This document shows, in pieces, positions 63,530 through 64,000 of a stretch of 64,000 nucleotides of DNA (positions are counted from its first letter, which is position 1; the number at the start of each line of letters is the position of its first letter). Position numbers and translations under genes: made by a program. This stretch comes from Antechinus flavipes (taxonomy: Eukaryota): contig NC_067403.1 of the NCBI RefSeq assembly GCF_016432865.1, positions 253,518,001 through 253,582,000 of the forward strand, given 5' to 3'. The notes under the pieces were generated by a model that saw nothing but the letters and a program-made list of their open reading frames with translations, had not been told where the DNA came from and did not search any database.

Positions 63530-64000
63530 ACTTACTGATAATAAATCATAATTTTATAGTTCCCACATTTGAATGTAGTTTTTCTTGCATTGTGGTCCAA
63601 AAAGGAAGCCTTTTCTATTTCTGTCTTCCTGCATTTGATTGTAAGGTTTTCATGCCCTGAGGCACAATCAGTTTTTGTGTAGGTGCCGTGTACTCCTGAG
63701 AAAAAGGTGTATTCCTTTCCGTCACTATTCAATTTTCTCCAGAGGTCTATCATGTCTAGCTTTATTAGGATCCCATTCACCTCCCTCGTTTCTTTCTTGT
63801 TTGTTTTGTGATTAGATTTGTCTGATTCTGAGAAGGGAAGTTGAGGTCCCCCCACTAATAAAGTTTTGCTATCTCCTTCTCCCTGTAACTGGCTTAATAT
63901 ATTCTCTAGGAACTTGTCTGCTCTCCCACTTGGTGCATATACATTTAATGTCGTTACCATTTCATTGTTTATGGCACTCTTTATCAATATATCCTTTCCT
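63530..64000 (-). mobile_element. L1 ORF2 endonuclease-domain fragment
   Basis: TLNVYAPSGRA, LDMIDLWRKLN..KEYTFFSGVHGTYTK and SFLDHN are hallmark L1 APE motifs. Degenerate (GDFN lost to a frameshift). Confidence 0.9.

Overview
Vertebrate genomic DNA, very probably from a marsupial. The short tRNA-derived SINEs and L1 3' ends look dasyurid, e.g. Tasmanian devil (inference). The scaffold has six N-gaps. The first 9 kb hold the convergent BEST1/FTH1 pair. BEST1 contributes its last three coding exons on the + strand (148-228, 1519-1670, 3908-5036). The complete four-exon ferritin heavy chain gene FTH1 lies on the - strand (CDS 8759->7491, 183 aa), with its iron-responsive element, a TATA/GC/CRE/inverted-CCAAT promoter in a CpG island, and a paired antioxidant-response enhancer about 3.3 kb upstream. 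The remaining ~50 kb look intergenic. They contain a decayed, intronless DNAJA1 retrocopy (~15.6-17.0 kb) that the ORF track does not reveal, many L1/L2/MIR/SINE fragments, several minisatellites (21, 25, 33, ~80, ~90 and ~157 bp units), local direct and inverted duplications, and a few strong RFX and CTCF motifs. I found no CRISPR array, rRNA, tRNA gene or other prokaryote-type system, and I cannot claim a new multi-gene system. The best leads are: an open reading frame through the whole FTH1 5' UTR that would add a signal-peptide-like leader from a GUG in the IRE loop; the long unspliced BEST1 C-terminus; the hidden DNAJA1 retrocopy; and several unusual retroelement and repeat architectures. 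All comparisons with human, mouse or chicken sequences and with repeat consensuses are from memory, not from a database search.
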